Shown in pieces: positions 29,604-39,201 of a DNA stretch of 64,000 bases. The notes under the pieces were generated by a model that saw nothing but the letters and a program-made list of their open reading frames with translations, was not told where the DNA came from and ran no database searches. The DNA comes from Chthoniobacteraceae bacterium (GTDB lineage Bacteria; Verrucomicrobiota; Verrucomicrobiia; Chthoniobacterales; Chthoniobacteraceae). The position numbers and the translations under genes were made by a program. The DNA is taken from NCBI GenBank assembly GCA_037190965.1, contig JBBCKI010000029.1, positions 32,001 through 96,000 of the forward strand. The letters are read 5' to 3'. Positions within the stretch are counted from its first letter, which is position 1. Each line of letters starts with the position of its first letter.

Positions 29604-29873
29604 ATGGCTAAAACAAGCTGGATTGAAAAAGAAAAACAAAAGCGCGCTACCGTCGAAAAGTACGCGGCCCTTCGCGCGGAGCTGAAGGCGAAAGGCGATT
29701 ATATCGCCCTCCAGCAGTTGCCGCGTAATGCCAGCCCTGTGCGCTGCACCAACCGTTGCCGGCAGAGCGGCCGCCGTCACGGTTACATCCGCCGCTTTCA
29801 ACTTTCCCGTATCGCCTTCCGCGAACTGGCCTCGCATGGGATGATTCCCGGCGTGACCAAGTCGAGTTGGTAA
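29604..29873 (+). CDS. rpsN: 30S ribosomal protein S14 (89-aa type)
   Basis: [35 protein letters not shown]. Confidence 0.96.
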   Translation: MAKTSWIEKEKQKRATVEKYAALRAELKAKGDYIALQQLPRNASPVRCTNRCRQSGRRHGYIRRFQLSRIAFRELASHGMIPGVTKSSW

Positions 29874-30020
29874 TTCGGCAGGCGGGCTCGCCCGGGGATA
29901 AAACCGTGAAGCCATTGGCTTCTCCGGCACCGGGCACTCCCGTCCCCTTTGAAAACGCATTATTTTGCACATTTCGGCTCGCCATGGCTTCATGGCGAGC
30001 CTTTCCTTTTTGCTTCGGAT

Positions 30021-31400
30021 ATGAATCCGTTGACGCTGCTGGCCTCTTCTCCGGTCTTTGCCGGGGCAGAGTGGGAGTCGGTGGACACCATCTTTTGGAA
30101 GCTGCTCGTCATTGGGCTGCTTGTGTTTTTGAACGCCTTCTTCGTCGCTTCGGAGTTTGCGATCGTGAAGGTGCGTTCTTCTCAACTGGATTCATTGAGC
30201 GAAGAGGGGGACCCTCGTGCGCAGACCGGGAAGCAGATTCTCGGCGATCTTGACGCCTATCTCTCCGCGTGCCAGCTCGGGATCACTCTTGCCAGCCTCG
30301 GGCTGGGGTGGGTGGGTGAGCCGTTCCTGGCACGACTGCTGGAGCCGCTTTTCTATCTTGTGGGCATCAAGAGCCCGGCGATCATTCAGACGATCTCCTT
30401 CACCATCGCCTTTTCGCTCATCACGATCGCCCACATCATTCTTGGCGAGCAGGCACCCAAGATCCTCGCGATCCGTAAAGCGCTCCCCACGACGCTTTGG
30501 CTGAGTCGTCCGTTGCGGCTGTTCTATCTCGCCTTCCGGCCCGCGATTGTTTTCTTGAATTTCACCACCAACCTCATCCTTAGCCGTCTTTTCAAGCTGG
30601 AGCCGACTTCCGAGCATGAGTTGAGCCATAGTGAGGAGGAACTGCGCGTCATTCTCGCGGAAAGCGGCAAGAGCGATGAGGTCTCCACCCTCGGGAAGGA
30701 AATTCTCATCAACGCCCTCGACATGCGGCGGCGCATCGTCCGTGACATCACCACCCCCCGCGGCGATGTGGTCTGGCTGGATCTCGAAAACACCTTCGAG
30801 GAGAACCTCAAAATTGCGCAGGACTCCCGGCACACCCGGTTTCCGCTCTGCCAGGGCCACCTGGACAACACCATCGGGCAGGTCCACATCAAGGATCTCC
30901 TGCGCCTGACGCGCGAGGCTTCGCCGGATCTCCTTTCCATCAAACGCGAGATTTTTCCCGTGCCGGAAATGATGGCGCTGGAGAAGCTGCTCACCTTTTT
31001 CCTCAACAAACACGCGCATCTTGCGCTGGTCGTGGACGAGTTTGGCGGCACCGTCGGCATTGTCACCCTCGATAACGTGCTGGCGGAGCTGGTCGGCGAC
31101 ATTCAGGACGAGTTCGACGTGGAGAGTGCCGAGTACCGCAAGGTCAGCGACGACGAGTTTGTCGTGAAGGGCTCTCTGGGACTTTACGAGCTCAATGACC
31201 TTGCCGGGCTGGAACTGGAGAGCGCGGACGTCAGCACGATTGGCGGTTATGTCACCCATTTGATCGGCCATCTTCCGCAGCAGGGAGAGCGGACCCGCGT
31301 GGAGGACTATGAAGTCACGATCACCAAGAGTGACGGGCGGCGAGTCGAGATGCTTCATTTCAAACGCGCGCCGGAAAGCGGCGGCGTGGGCAAGGTTTGA
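30021..31400 (+). CDS. Hemolysin/CNNM-CBS-CorC family membrane protein
   Basis: NAFFVASEFA, CQLGIT, GEQAPK, VVDEFGG. Confidence 0.92.
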   Translation: MNPLTLLASSPVFAGAEWESVDTIFWKLLVIGLLVFLNAFFVASEFAIVKVRSSQLDSLSEEGDPRAQTGKQILGDLDAYLSACQLGITLASLGLGWVGEPFLARLLEPLFYLVGIKSPAIIQTISFTIAFSLITIAHIILGEQAPKILAIRKALPTTLWLSRPLRLFYLAFRPAIVFLNFTTNLILSRLFKLEPTSEHELSHSEEELRVILAESGKSDEVSTLGKEILINALDMRRRIVRDITTPRGDVVWLDLENTFEENLKIAQDSRHTRFPLCQGHLDNTIGQVHIKDLLRLTREASPDLLSIKREIFPVPEMMALEKLLTFFLNKHAHLALVVDEFGGTVGIVTLDNVLAELVGDIQDEFDVESAEYRKVSDDEFVVKGSLGLYELNDLAGLELESADVSTIGGYVTHLIGHLPQQGERTRVEDYEVTITKSDGRRVEMLHFKRAPESGGVGKV

Positions 31401-31432
31401 CGCGCGGCCCTCGGGCGGGGCAGAATCCCGCA

Positions 31433-32113
31433 ATGAAAGATGGCCTCTCCGACACCCCGCGCAAGGCGCGGGTGCTCGTCGTGGATGATCACCCGTTGCT
31501 GCGGGGCGGCCTGGTGCAGTTGATCGCGGGAGAGCCCGACCTTGTTCTTTGCGGGGAAGCGGAGGATGCCGCGGGCACCATTCTGGCCGTGGACGACGAT
31601 CCCCCACCGGATCTTGTGATCCTCGACCTCATGCTCGGGAACTCCGATGGGCTGGAGCTCATCAAGCAGATCCGCGCCCTGCGTCCCGGGCTTTCCATTC
31701 TGGTCATCTCCATGCATGACGAGCTTATCTACGCGGAACGCGCCCTCCGGGCCGGGGCCGCGGGCTTCGTGATGAAAAAGGAGCCTCCGCAAGAGGTGCT
31801 CGCCGCCGCGAGGGCCATTCTGGGAGGTGGCCATTATTTGAGCGGGCGGATGCGCGTCCTTCTCGAAGGCAAAGGGTTGGCTGCGGAACCGGTGCGGTTT
31901 CTGGTGCCGGAAGCGGATCCGCCTCTATCGGATCGCGAGTTGCATGTCTTCCGGCTCATTGGAGCCGGGCTCCCGACGCGTGAGATCGCTCAGGAGTTGC
32001 ATCTGAGCGTCAAAACCATCGAGACCTACCGCGAGAATCTGAAAACGAAGCTGCGCCTCCGCAATGCGGCAGATCTTCTGCGCGCCGCGAAGGAATGGGT
32101 GGCGGCGATGTAG
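31433..32113 (+). CDS. NarL/LuxR-family response regulator (orphan)
   Basis: VVDDHP receiver; LSDRE..SVKTIETYR HTH. Confidence 0.92.
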   Translation: MKDGLSDTPRKARVLVVDDHPLLRGGLVQLIAGEPDLVLCGEAEDAAGTILAVDDDPPPDLVILDLMLGNSDGLELIKQIRALRPGLSILVISMHDELIYAERALRAGAAGFVMKKEPPQEVLAAARAILGGGHYLSGRMRVLLEGKGLAAEPVRFLVPEADPPLSDRELHVFRLIGAGLPTREIAQELHLSVKTIETYRENLKTKLRLRNAADLLRAAKEWVAAM

Positions 32114-32260
32114 CCTGCCCCCAAAAATACGGGCGAAATGGCAAAAAAAACTGGACTGACCGGGGGTTTTGGGGAGGATACCAACCGGTTTGTATGTTTG
32201 TGGTTCAATGCCATCCAAATGTACAACCGAAATATCAGCGCTTAACCCCAGTCATTTAAT

Positions 32261-32617
32261 ATGAACAAATATGTCGATGGATTTGTCGTTCCCGTTCCCA
32301 AGGACAAAATTGAAGCTTATCGCCAGATGGCGGCGAAGGCGTCTGAAGTTTGGAAAGAGCACGGGGCTCTGGAGTATCGCGAATGCGTTCTCGACGATGG
32401 GGATGCAAAAGAAATGGTCCCTTTTCCCCGCATGATCGAGGCCGGGGAGAATGAAACGGTGGTGTTGGCCTGGATTGTGTACGAATCCCGCGAGCAGCGG
32501 GACAAAGTCAACGCTCTGGTGATGGCCGATCCGAGGCTTGCGGAGGTGTGTTGTGAATCGATCTTCGATTGGAAGCGCATGGCCTACGGTGGGTTCCGGG
32601 TTTTTGTGGAGGCGTAG
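32261..32617 (+). CDS. DUF1428 (YbaA-like) protein
   Basis: YVDGFVVPVP..WKEHGAL.Y.EC..FDWKRMAYGGF. Confidence 0.88.
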   Translation: MNKYVDGFVVPVPKDKIEAYRQMAAKASEVWKEHGALEYRECVLDDGDAKEMVPFPRMIEAGENETVVLAWIVYESREQRDKVNALVMADPRLAEVCCESIFDWKRMAYGGFRVFVEA

Positions 32618-32627
32618 CTTTCGCCTT

Positions 32628-33017
32628 ATGAAAATTGCCGCCAACATCGCCGGGGCTCTGCTTGGGCTTTTGTTTGTTCTTTCCGGGTTCGTCTATTTTT
32701 TCCAGCTGATCCCGACACCGGAATTTCCTGAGGGTTCTCCAATCGCCTTGATGATGGGCGCGTTCGGTCCCACCGGTTATTTCGATTTCGTAAAGGCTCT
32801 TGAAATAATCGGCGGGGTTTTGATCGCGATTCCGGCAACCCGCAATCTTGGGCTTCTCGTTCTGGGGCCGATTTTGGTGAACATCCTCGCCTTTCATACG
32901 TTCATTACGAAAGGCGCGGGCTTATTCGATCCCCCCTTGGTCTTCATCACGGCCGCCATGGCATTCCTGCTCTGGACACGGCGCAAGGCGTTCGTGGCAC
33001 TGGTGACGGCGCGGTGA
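32628..33017 (+). CDS. DoxX-like small membrane protein
   Basis: Four TM helices; VKALEIIGG, PILVNILAFH. Confidence 0.75.
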   Translation: MKIAANIAGALLGLLFVLSGFVYFFQLIPTPEFPEGSPIALMMGAFGPTGYFDFVKALEIIGGVLIAIPATRNLGLLVLGPILVNILAFHTFITKGAGLFDPPLVFITAAMAFLLWTRRKAFVALVTAR

Positions 33018-34640
33018 TCAGAACTCGACGTTCGGCGACGAACCGTCGGTCTGGCGTTCGATCAATCTTTGGACACGTGGCGGCTCCGTCCCGCGATGGA
33101 GCGCCGTGATGCGTTCGCCCACGAGGGCGTCGGCCTGGGTGGTGCGTTGATTATGACGCACATACTCCACCCAGGTGGGAAACTGGTAGCTCATCACCCA
33201 CCGCTCCGGTTTCTGGAGATCGCGCATTAAAGTCCATTTTCTTGCGCCGTCCCGGAGCCGGATGCGTCTTCGTTCGTTCATCGCGCTCAGGAACTCGGGG
33301 ACATCGGCGTCAGCGATGAGGAATTCGACCGTGATGACGATGGGACCGCTGCATGAGGTGAGATCGAGGGCGAGCGACGGTTCTTGCCATCGATTGAGGG
33401 GATCGAGATTGAGCGATGCCTGCTCTGGCAGAGGGTAGCGAATCCCGGTGGCTCCCCCGACGAGCAAGGCGACGCCTGCCGCGATGAGCGCCGTTTCCGT
33501 GTCATACCTTTCCGCAACCATCCCCCAGATCCAACTGCCGACCGCAAACCCCGCGAAGGCCGCCGTCTGGTAAAGCGCCAGCGCCCGGCCCAGCACCCAG
33601 CGCGGGGCGGAGAGCTGCACCGTGACGTTGAAGCGCGACAGGGCCAAAACCCAGGAGGCTCCCGCAAGGAACAAACCGGCGCTGGTCAGCCACCGATTCG
33701 TGCTGATCGCGGCGATCCAGGCGCCGAGGGCAGAAACCCCGAAGGCCCAGCGGATCGTTGCTTCGATGGAAAGGAGTGCCTCGAGCCGGCCAATGACCAC
33801 GGCTCCGAAAATACCTCCCAGGCCAAAGGCCCCGAGCATCATACCGTAGTCGCTCGGGCCACCACCCAGCCGGTCCCTCGCCACCAGGGGCAAAAGGGCG
33901 AGCAGGGCGATCGCCGCGATGCCGAAGACAAACGCGCGAAAAAGCACTTTGCCGAGATTCGGAGACATCGCCACGTAGCGGAGTCCCGCCGCCATGGCAG
34001 TCGTGATCCCCTCGCGGGGGAGCGTCTTGGTGGGGATCGGTGGTTTCCACCGAAAGAGGACGACAATTAGACCTACGTAACTCAGGGCATTGGCAGCGAA
34101 CGCGGCGACGACACCCGCCGAGGCGATGATAATGCCTCCGAGTGCCGGGGCGATGCTTCGCGAGAGATTGAAGCCAACGCTGTTGAGCGTCACCGCTGAC
34201 GGGATGACCAGACGTGGAACGACATCACTGACCGAAGCCTGCCATGCGGGGTTGTTCAAGGCCGTTCCACACCCGACCAGAAACGTAAAACCCAGGAGTT
34301 GCCACGGGGTGATCGCGCCAAGCCAGGCAAAAGCCGTAAGCACCGCCGAGACCACGAGCATAAAAATGTTGGCCGCCAGCATGACGTGCCGCCGGTGGTA
34401 GTTGTCGGCAATGGCCCCTGAGGCCAGAGAGAAGAGCATGATCGGCAGCGTCGTCGAAGCCTGGACCAGGGCGACCATGTTTGTGGAAGCCGAGATCGTG
34501 GTCATCATCCAGGCCGCTCCGGTCATTTGAATGAGACTGCCGAAGGTGGACACCAGATTGGCGATCCACAATTTGCGGAATGTATTGTGGACGAAGGGCT
34601 CCAGGAATGACCCCCAGGTCCTTTCCGAAGAGTCGCTCAT
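33018..34640 (-). CDS. MFS_3 (DUF894-type) transporter with C-terminal soluble domain
   Basis: FRKLWIAN, GAIADNYHRR, PAWQA, RRRIRLRDGA..W. Confidence 0.9.
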   Translation of the reverse strand: MSDSSERTWGSFLEPFVHNTFRKLWIANLVSTFGSLIQMTGAAWMMTTISASTNMVALVQASTTLPIMLFSLASGAIADNYHRRHVMLAANIFMLVVSAVLTAFAWLGAITPWQLLGFTFLVGCGTALNNPAWQASVSDVVPRLVIPSAVTLNSVGFNLSRSIAPALGGIIIASAGVVAAFAANALSYVGLIVVLFRWKPPIPTKTLPREGITTAMAAGLRYVAMSPNLGKVLFRAFVFGIAAIALLALLPLVARDRLGGGPSDYGMMLGAFGLGGIFGAVVIGRLEALLSIEATIRWAFGVSALGAWIAAISTNRWLTSAGLFLAGASWVLALSRFNVTVQLSAPRWVLGRALALYQTAAFAGFAVGSWIWGMVAERYDTETALIAAGVALLVGGATGIRYPLPEQASLNLDPLNRWQEPSLALDLTSCSGPIVITVEFLIADADVPEFLSAMNERRRIRLRDGARKWTLMRDLQKPERWVMSYQFPTWVEYVRHNQRTTQADALVGERITALHRGTEPPRVQRLIERQTDGSSPNVEF

Positions 34641-34945
34641 TCTGCGTTCGAAACGTTCATCGTACTTGCTCCGGTTGTTGGCGGGACGGGAAGGCTTTCT
34701 CCTTCTCCGGCGGGACCATGACAAACGGGCGACGAACGAATTGTTTTCTCATTGCAGCCATCTTTAGAAGCCTAAAATCGTTGCGAATTTCTGACAGTCA
34801 ACGATTGGCTGACCAACCAGGGCTCGAAGAGCATGAGAAATCAAGTCAACAAAGGCTTGGCGAGCGGCACGCGACCTTGCCGCGTTTAAGGACGATCCTG
34901 GGTTGGCTCCGTATTCTGGATTTCAGCGATCCGGCTTCCAATAGG

Positions 34946-35704
34946 CTATTTTGGTGTCAAAGAGCGGCGGCTAAGCCAGTCCTTGAAACGTGTGGAACCC
35001 AGGTGAGCATCTTTGCCCGGCACGAGGCTTTCATCGGGTACTATAATACCGAAGTAAAGTGCCTCAGGATCGACAACAATCGTCCGTGCGTCCCCGGTTT
35101 CGGTTAGAAGTTGCCGGACGAGTTCGTCTTGAGGGAACTGTTCAGGACCAGCCAGTTCCACGATTGCGTTCAAAGGTGCTTTGATGGCCATGTCGGCCAG
35201 AGCTGCCGCGACATCGTCTGATCCGATCGGTTGCATCAACACGGGTGGCAGCCGAACCACTTTCCCTTCTGTAGCCGATTCGGCAATGGCACTGACAAAC
35301 TCGAAGAATTGGGTTGCTCGAACGATGGTAAAGGGAATCCGCGAAGCCTTGATCAGATTTTCTTGGGCCATTTTCGCACGGAAGTAACCGCTGGCGAGCA
35401 AACGGTCGGTGCCCACCACCGAGAGCGCTACGTGATGTTTGACGCGGGCGGCTTCTTCCGCAGCAAGAAGGTGGCGCCCTGATGTTTCGAAAAACTCCAT
35501 CGCGGCTTTGTCTTCAAACGAAGGCGAGTTTGCCACGTCGATAACGACTTCAGCCCCGGTAAGCGCCTCAGTCAGTCCTTTGCCGGTAATAGTGTCGACA
35601 CCCGAAGAGCGAGACGCCGCCACCACTTCATGGCCATTTTCACGGAGGATCTTCACCACTTTGCGCCCGATAAGGCCACTGCCACCAACAACGGTAATTT
35701 TCAT
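34946..35704 (-). CDS. Atypical SDR / NmrA-like NAD(P)H-binding oxidoreductase
   Basis: VVGGSGLIG Rossmann motif; YFRAK; RATQFFEF. Confidence 0.9.
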   Translation of the reverse strand: MKITVVGGSGLIGRKVVKILRENGHEVVAASRSSGVDTITGKGLTEALTGAEVVIDVANSPSFEDKAAMEFFETSGRHLLAAEEAARVKHHVALSVVGTDRLLASGYFRAKMAQENLIKASRIPFTIVRATQFFEFVSAIAESATEGKVVRLPPVLMQPIGSDDVAAALADMAIKAPLNAIVELAGPEQFPQDELVRQLLTETGDARTIVVDPEALYFGIIVPDESLVPGKDAHLGSTRFKDWLSRRSLTPK

Positions 35705-35805
35705 TCCTTAACGTTCGTAAGTCGGCGAAAGGTTGCGTTGTGCCAATGATCCGTTTTTGTTTACAATAGGGCAAAATCTGTTACACGCGCACTTTAATCG
35801 TGCTT

Positions 35806-36618
35806 ATGGCCTCTGCCGCCTCGCTTGCCCGACTTAACCTTGCGACCATCGAGCTCTTTGCGCCGGGCTTGAATATGGGGAATTATGTGCAACGCGCGCA
35901 TGCCTTTATCGCGGCCTTGCTGCCGATTGACCTGAGCGGCTACGGGGCGCTCGACAATGCGACTGGCCAGCTGGACGCCCGCTTCGATCATCATCCGGTG
36001 GGGCTGCAAACTTCGCTGGAAGCTTACGGCCGGCACATGCACAAGTATGAGCCCTTCCGCTTCGATCCATCGGTTAATGGCGGAAAGCCTTACAGCGCGC
36101 GAGATTTTTTCACGAAGGGCGCTTTTCACGATCTCGATATTTTTCAGGAGGTGCACCGCCCGCTCGGGTATGAGGACCACTGCTTCGTCCATGTCCCCAC
36201 GGAGGCGGGGACCACGCTATTTTTCGGGCTCTTCCGTGAGGGGCTCTTTCGGGCTGCCGACAAGGAATTGCTGGCGCTCGGCCAGCCGCACCTGGCTAAT
36301 GCCCGCCGCCTCGCTTTTGCGCAGAGCGTGGTTCTGGACCCAGCGCTCGATCCCGGCGCTTTCACCCTGTTTGGCTATTCGCCCCGGCAGAGTGAGATCC
36401 TATATTGGCTCCTGCAGGGAAAAACGAATGCCGAAATTGCTGATGCCCTGCACCTCCGTATGGATACGGTGAGCGCCTACGTTCACGATATCTACGGCCG
36501 AATGGGCGTGAGCAATCGCGTGGCCGCCGTTCTCAATGCCATCGCCCTCGTTCGCTCGTCTTCCGCCGGGGCCGGGCGGGTAGCGTTTCAGGTGCCCACC
36601 GGGCGGACTCCCCCTTGA
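35806..36618 (+). CDS. LuxR-type HTH transcriptional regulator, divergent from the SDR
   Basis: SPRQSEILYWLLQGKTNAEIA..TVSAYVHDIY. Confidence 0.85.
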   Translation: MASAASLARLNLATIELFAPGLNMGNYVQRAHAFIAALLPIDLSGYGALDNATGQLDARFDHHPVGLQTSLEAYGRHMHKYEPFRFDPSVNGGKPYSARDFFTKGAFHDLDIFQEVHRPLGYEDHCFVHVPTEAGTTLFFGLFREGLFRAADKELLALGQPHLANARRLAFAQSVVLDPALDPGAFTLFGYSPRQSEILYWLLQGKTNAEIADALHLRMDTVSAYVHDIYGRMGVSNRVAAVLNAIALVRSSSAGAGRVAFQVPTGRTPP

Positions 36619-36906
36619 TCCCGAGCCGCCGCGCGATACCCCCGGCCTCTACCGGTTTGCCGAAGAGGTCTCTTGAAGACAGCGGCGTTGCCTCCATGGT
36701 CACACTGGCCAAGACTTTACGATCGTGGGCAGACTCAACCACTTAATCCTGCTTCAGTCCCCCAATCTTCGTTATAGACCCCGAGCCGTCATTCTTCGGC
36801 CCAAGCTGTCACAAAGCGCCTGAACAGATACAAGCAGAAGTCCCGGAGACTGAGTGGATTGATCGCGATTTGGCACAATCTGACGCGGGGTGCCAATTAG
36901 AGGAGA

Positions 36907-36930
36907 TTGGCTGCCTTACTAGGACTCGAA
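36907..36930. repeat. att core (copy of the tRNA-Gln 3' end)
   Basis: Identical to 48559-48582. Confidence 0.95.
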
Positions 36931-37107
36931 GGTACTGAGAAATCAAGTAAACAACAGGCTTGGCGGGTGGCGTTGACACTTCTGGGGACACACGGCTCTG
37001 ACGCGCTTAAGGATGAGGTTCTTGAGGTCTTGAGGCGATGGGGGAAGCTGCCTGAAGCGATGCGAGCGGGAATTCTTGCGATGATTCGGGCGTCGTCATC
37101 GATTTGA
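36907..37107 (+). other. Orphan reading frame that becomes the integrase C-terminus after excision
   Basis: Begins LAALLGLE in the same frame as the integrase at 48559. Confidence 0.55.
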
Positions 37108-37183
37108 GTAACGGTTTTCCTTTATGCCTGCATCCCCCGGATGCCGGTGTCAAAATTCGTACTACAAATCCTTGAAGCAATTC

Positions 37184-38350
37184 TTAGAAATCAACTTTCC
37201 CAAAATCTGATAAGGCCTGTTGCCACGGGCGAATCCATCGTCCATCGTTTCGAGACTCATCAAGAAAAATGTCTTTATCATCGAGTTGCTCCCATCTTTC
37301 CCCTGCCTCTCGGAGCCATTTCCTTACGAGAGTTCCTGCTTCCTTTCCTTGGAGCTTCTTTTCTGTGAGTCCGAACCAAGCGAGATACTGCCGCCAACTT
37401 AATCCGAGCCAAGGGATTTTTGGCTCACTCGAAAACTGTGTCAAAATCGCCTGTCCCCAAAGATTGTTTGAATCTCCCATCGCTAAAAACTGGGGGAAAT
37501 CACGTTGAAGTCGGGCGATATCGGCTGGCCGAAGAAATGCCATCAAACTTTGCTCGAACCAGTAAGGGAGAGCACCTCCGCCTCCTTCTTTCTCTTCATC
37601 AAATCTACTTTTTGTAAATCGTCTGAGGTTGAAGAACTTTCCTGTGGCACAGTGAGTTGCGCCTGCAGCCTTCATTAATACCAATTCGCTTGAGCAATGG
37701 GAAAGTATCACAGGACATCCCGCCCTTTCTAAGGCTCCTATGAGGACCATGAGATTCAGAACGCTAGAACTATCCGTTAGTTCGCGGCGAGGCTCAACAT
37801 TCGATTCGACGACCAGATAACATGCTTTCTGTGAACCGCTTGTGATCGCAGAAGCGATGCGAAAGGCATCATTCCTATCGCCGAGTTCATCCAGATGCAC
37901 TCCGAGTGTTAAGATGGGTCGAATCGAAGACGACTGAAGGTTTTCGGCCAACTCTTCGTAGTTGGCAACGCAGTGGCAAAGATAGTCGCTATTCCATTTT
38001 TTGGGGATGACAGCAGGTGAACAAATTGCATCGACGGCAATTCGTTTTCCGTAATCGGCGATTTTTCCAACGATGTCAGACCACCATCGAGAAGAGGTTA
38101 AGTCTGCTGTATCAAGATCTTGTGGAAAGTACGCTTGGTCAGGGAGACGGCCAGCCTCGCTTCGGGGGTAATATAACTGAGGGTCAAGAACGATGTCGTA
38201 TTCGGCTTTTCTTCGGAAGTTTACGATGTCGTTTTGCAACTCAAGCTCCGTGCGATTAACCGGACTGAGAATAATCCCTTCGAAGGTTTGAAGTCCCCGC
38301 TCTCCAACGAGGTTTTCGGAGCCGTGGCCCATTTGAAAATAAGCGCCCAT
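37184..38350 (-). CDS. Uncharacterised 388-aa protein, possible (beta/alpha)8 barrel
   Basis: Long ORF 5 nt downstream of the kinase; alternating beta/alpha pattern (GIILSP, IVLDPQ, AICSP, CYLVV, GATHCATG); the fold is inference. Confidence 0.75.
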   Translation of the reverse strand: MGAYFQMGHGSENLVGERGLQTFEGIILSPVNRTELELQNDIVNFRRKAEYDIVLDPQLYYPRSEAGRLPDQAYFPQDLDTADLTSSRWWSDIVGKIADYGKRIAVDAICSPAVIPKKWNSDYLCHCVANYEELAENLQSSSIRPILTLGVHLDELGDRNDAFRIASAITSGSQKACYLVVESNVEPRRELTDSSSVLNLMVLIGALERAGCPVILSHCSSELVLMKAAGATHCATGKFFNLRRFTKSRFDEEKEGGGGALPYWFEQSLMAFLRPADIARLQRDFPQFLAMGDSNNLWGQAILTQFSSEPKIPWLGLSWRQYLAWFGLTEKKLQGKEAGTLVRKWLREAGERWEQLDDKDIFLDESRNDGRWIRPWQQALSDFGKVDF

Positions 38351-38355
38351 AGGTT

Positions 38356-39201
38356 TTAATCTTCAAGTGCTGTTATAAGTTCCTGATGTACCGAAAATCG
38401 CTGAACAGGCCATGGGCGTACCATTTTTACCAAAGCCGCCAGCCCCTGCATCTCCATCTGTTTCCTAAACTCACCGGATGGCCCCTTCCTCGAGGCAGTT
38501 GCAGCCACGACTTGGGGAGGAGTCATGCCCTCAGCTTCGTAGGGATGACGAGCTGTTAGGGCTATACTGCCCACAACTCCAACCGAAAACTGATCCGTTC
38601 GCCAGTCAATCGACTGTTTTTCGTTATTGAGCTGCTCAGGTGACGAAAAATAGGGAGTTCCGGGTCCTTGAGGAAGCCAACTCATTGTAAGGGAGTGCTG
38701 AGAAAGATCACGAACGAGGCCAAAATCGACTAAAATGGGAATTTCTGAGTCATGACGAAACATGATATTCGCCGGTTTGATGTCCCGATGTACCAGCCGG
38801 TGCTCACGCAGCACTGCGATTGCTTGGACAAGCTCCAATAGAAGAGAACGGACTTCAAAGGGCGTAAAAAGTCGTTCAGCGAGACGATCTTCGAGTGTTC
38901 CTCCACCCAGAAACTCTTCAACGCAAACATCGTATTCGCAGCCGTTGTTCGCCCGAAAGGCTTTATAATCCAAAAGTCGAGCTATTCTAGTCGAAGTGCA
39001 GCGTTTTAAGGCTGCAATTTCTCTTTCAGTTCGGACGAAATCCGCTCTCGATCTGTCGATAACCTTTAATGCTACAATCTGCCCTTCAGGCGTTTCGGCC
39101 CGATAAGTTTCCTTAAATGCACCAGCTGCTTGAAATCCAATAATTTTGAATCCCAAAGTTCGACATGCCTCTTCGGCTACGCTATGAAGATTGCTTGTCA
39201 C
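38356..39201 (-). CDS. Hanks-type Ser/Thr protein kinase (kinase domain only)
   Basis: GAFKETY, VALKV, HRDIKPANIM, DFG, GTPYFSSPEQ, D.FS.G; GTG start overlaps the upstream TGA (GTGA). Confidence 0.92.
   Translation of the reverse strand: MTSNLHSVAEEACRTLGFKIIGFQAAGAFKETYRAETPEGQIVALKVIDRSRADFVRTEREIAALKRCTSTRIARLLDYKAFRANNGCEYDVCVEEFLGGGTLEDRLAERLFTPFEVRSLLLELVQAIAVLREHRLVHRDIKPANIMFRHDSEIPILVDFGLVRDLSQHSLTMSWLPQGPGTPYFSSPEQLNNEKQSIDWRTDQFSVGVVGSIALTARHPYEAEGMTPPQVVAATASRKGPSGEFRKQMEMQGLAALVKMVRPWPVQRFSVHQELITALED

Larger units (their letters stand above)
34805..36930. mobile_element. Degenerate ~2.1-kb relic of a related integrative element in tandem at the tRNA-Gln site
   Basis: 34805-34828 is 19/24 identical to the att core and is followed by the same TGAGAAATCAAGT..AGGCTTGGCG flank; 36840-36906 resembles the att-proximal end of the integrase gene. 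Confidence 0.7.

Noticed and set aside
36907..36930. Second tRNA gene
   Set aside because: Only the 3' 24 nt are present, with no D or anticodon arm; the same holds for 34805-34828
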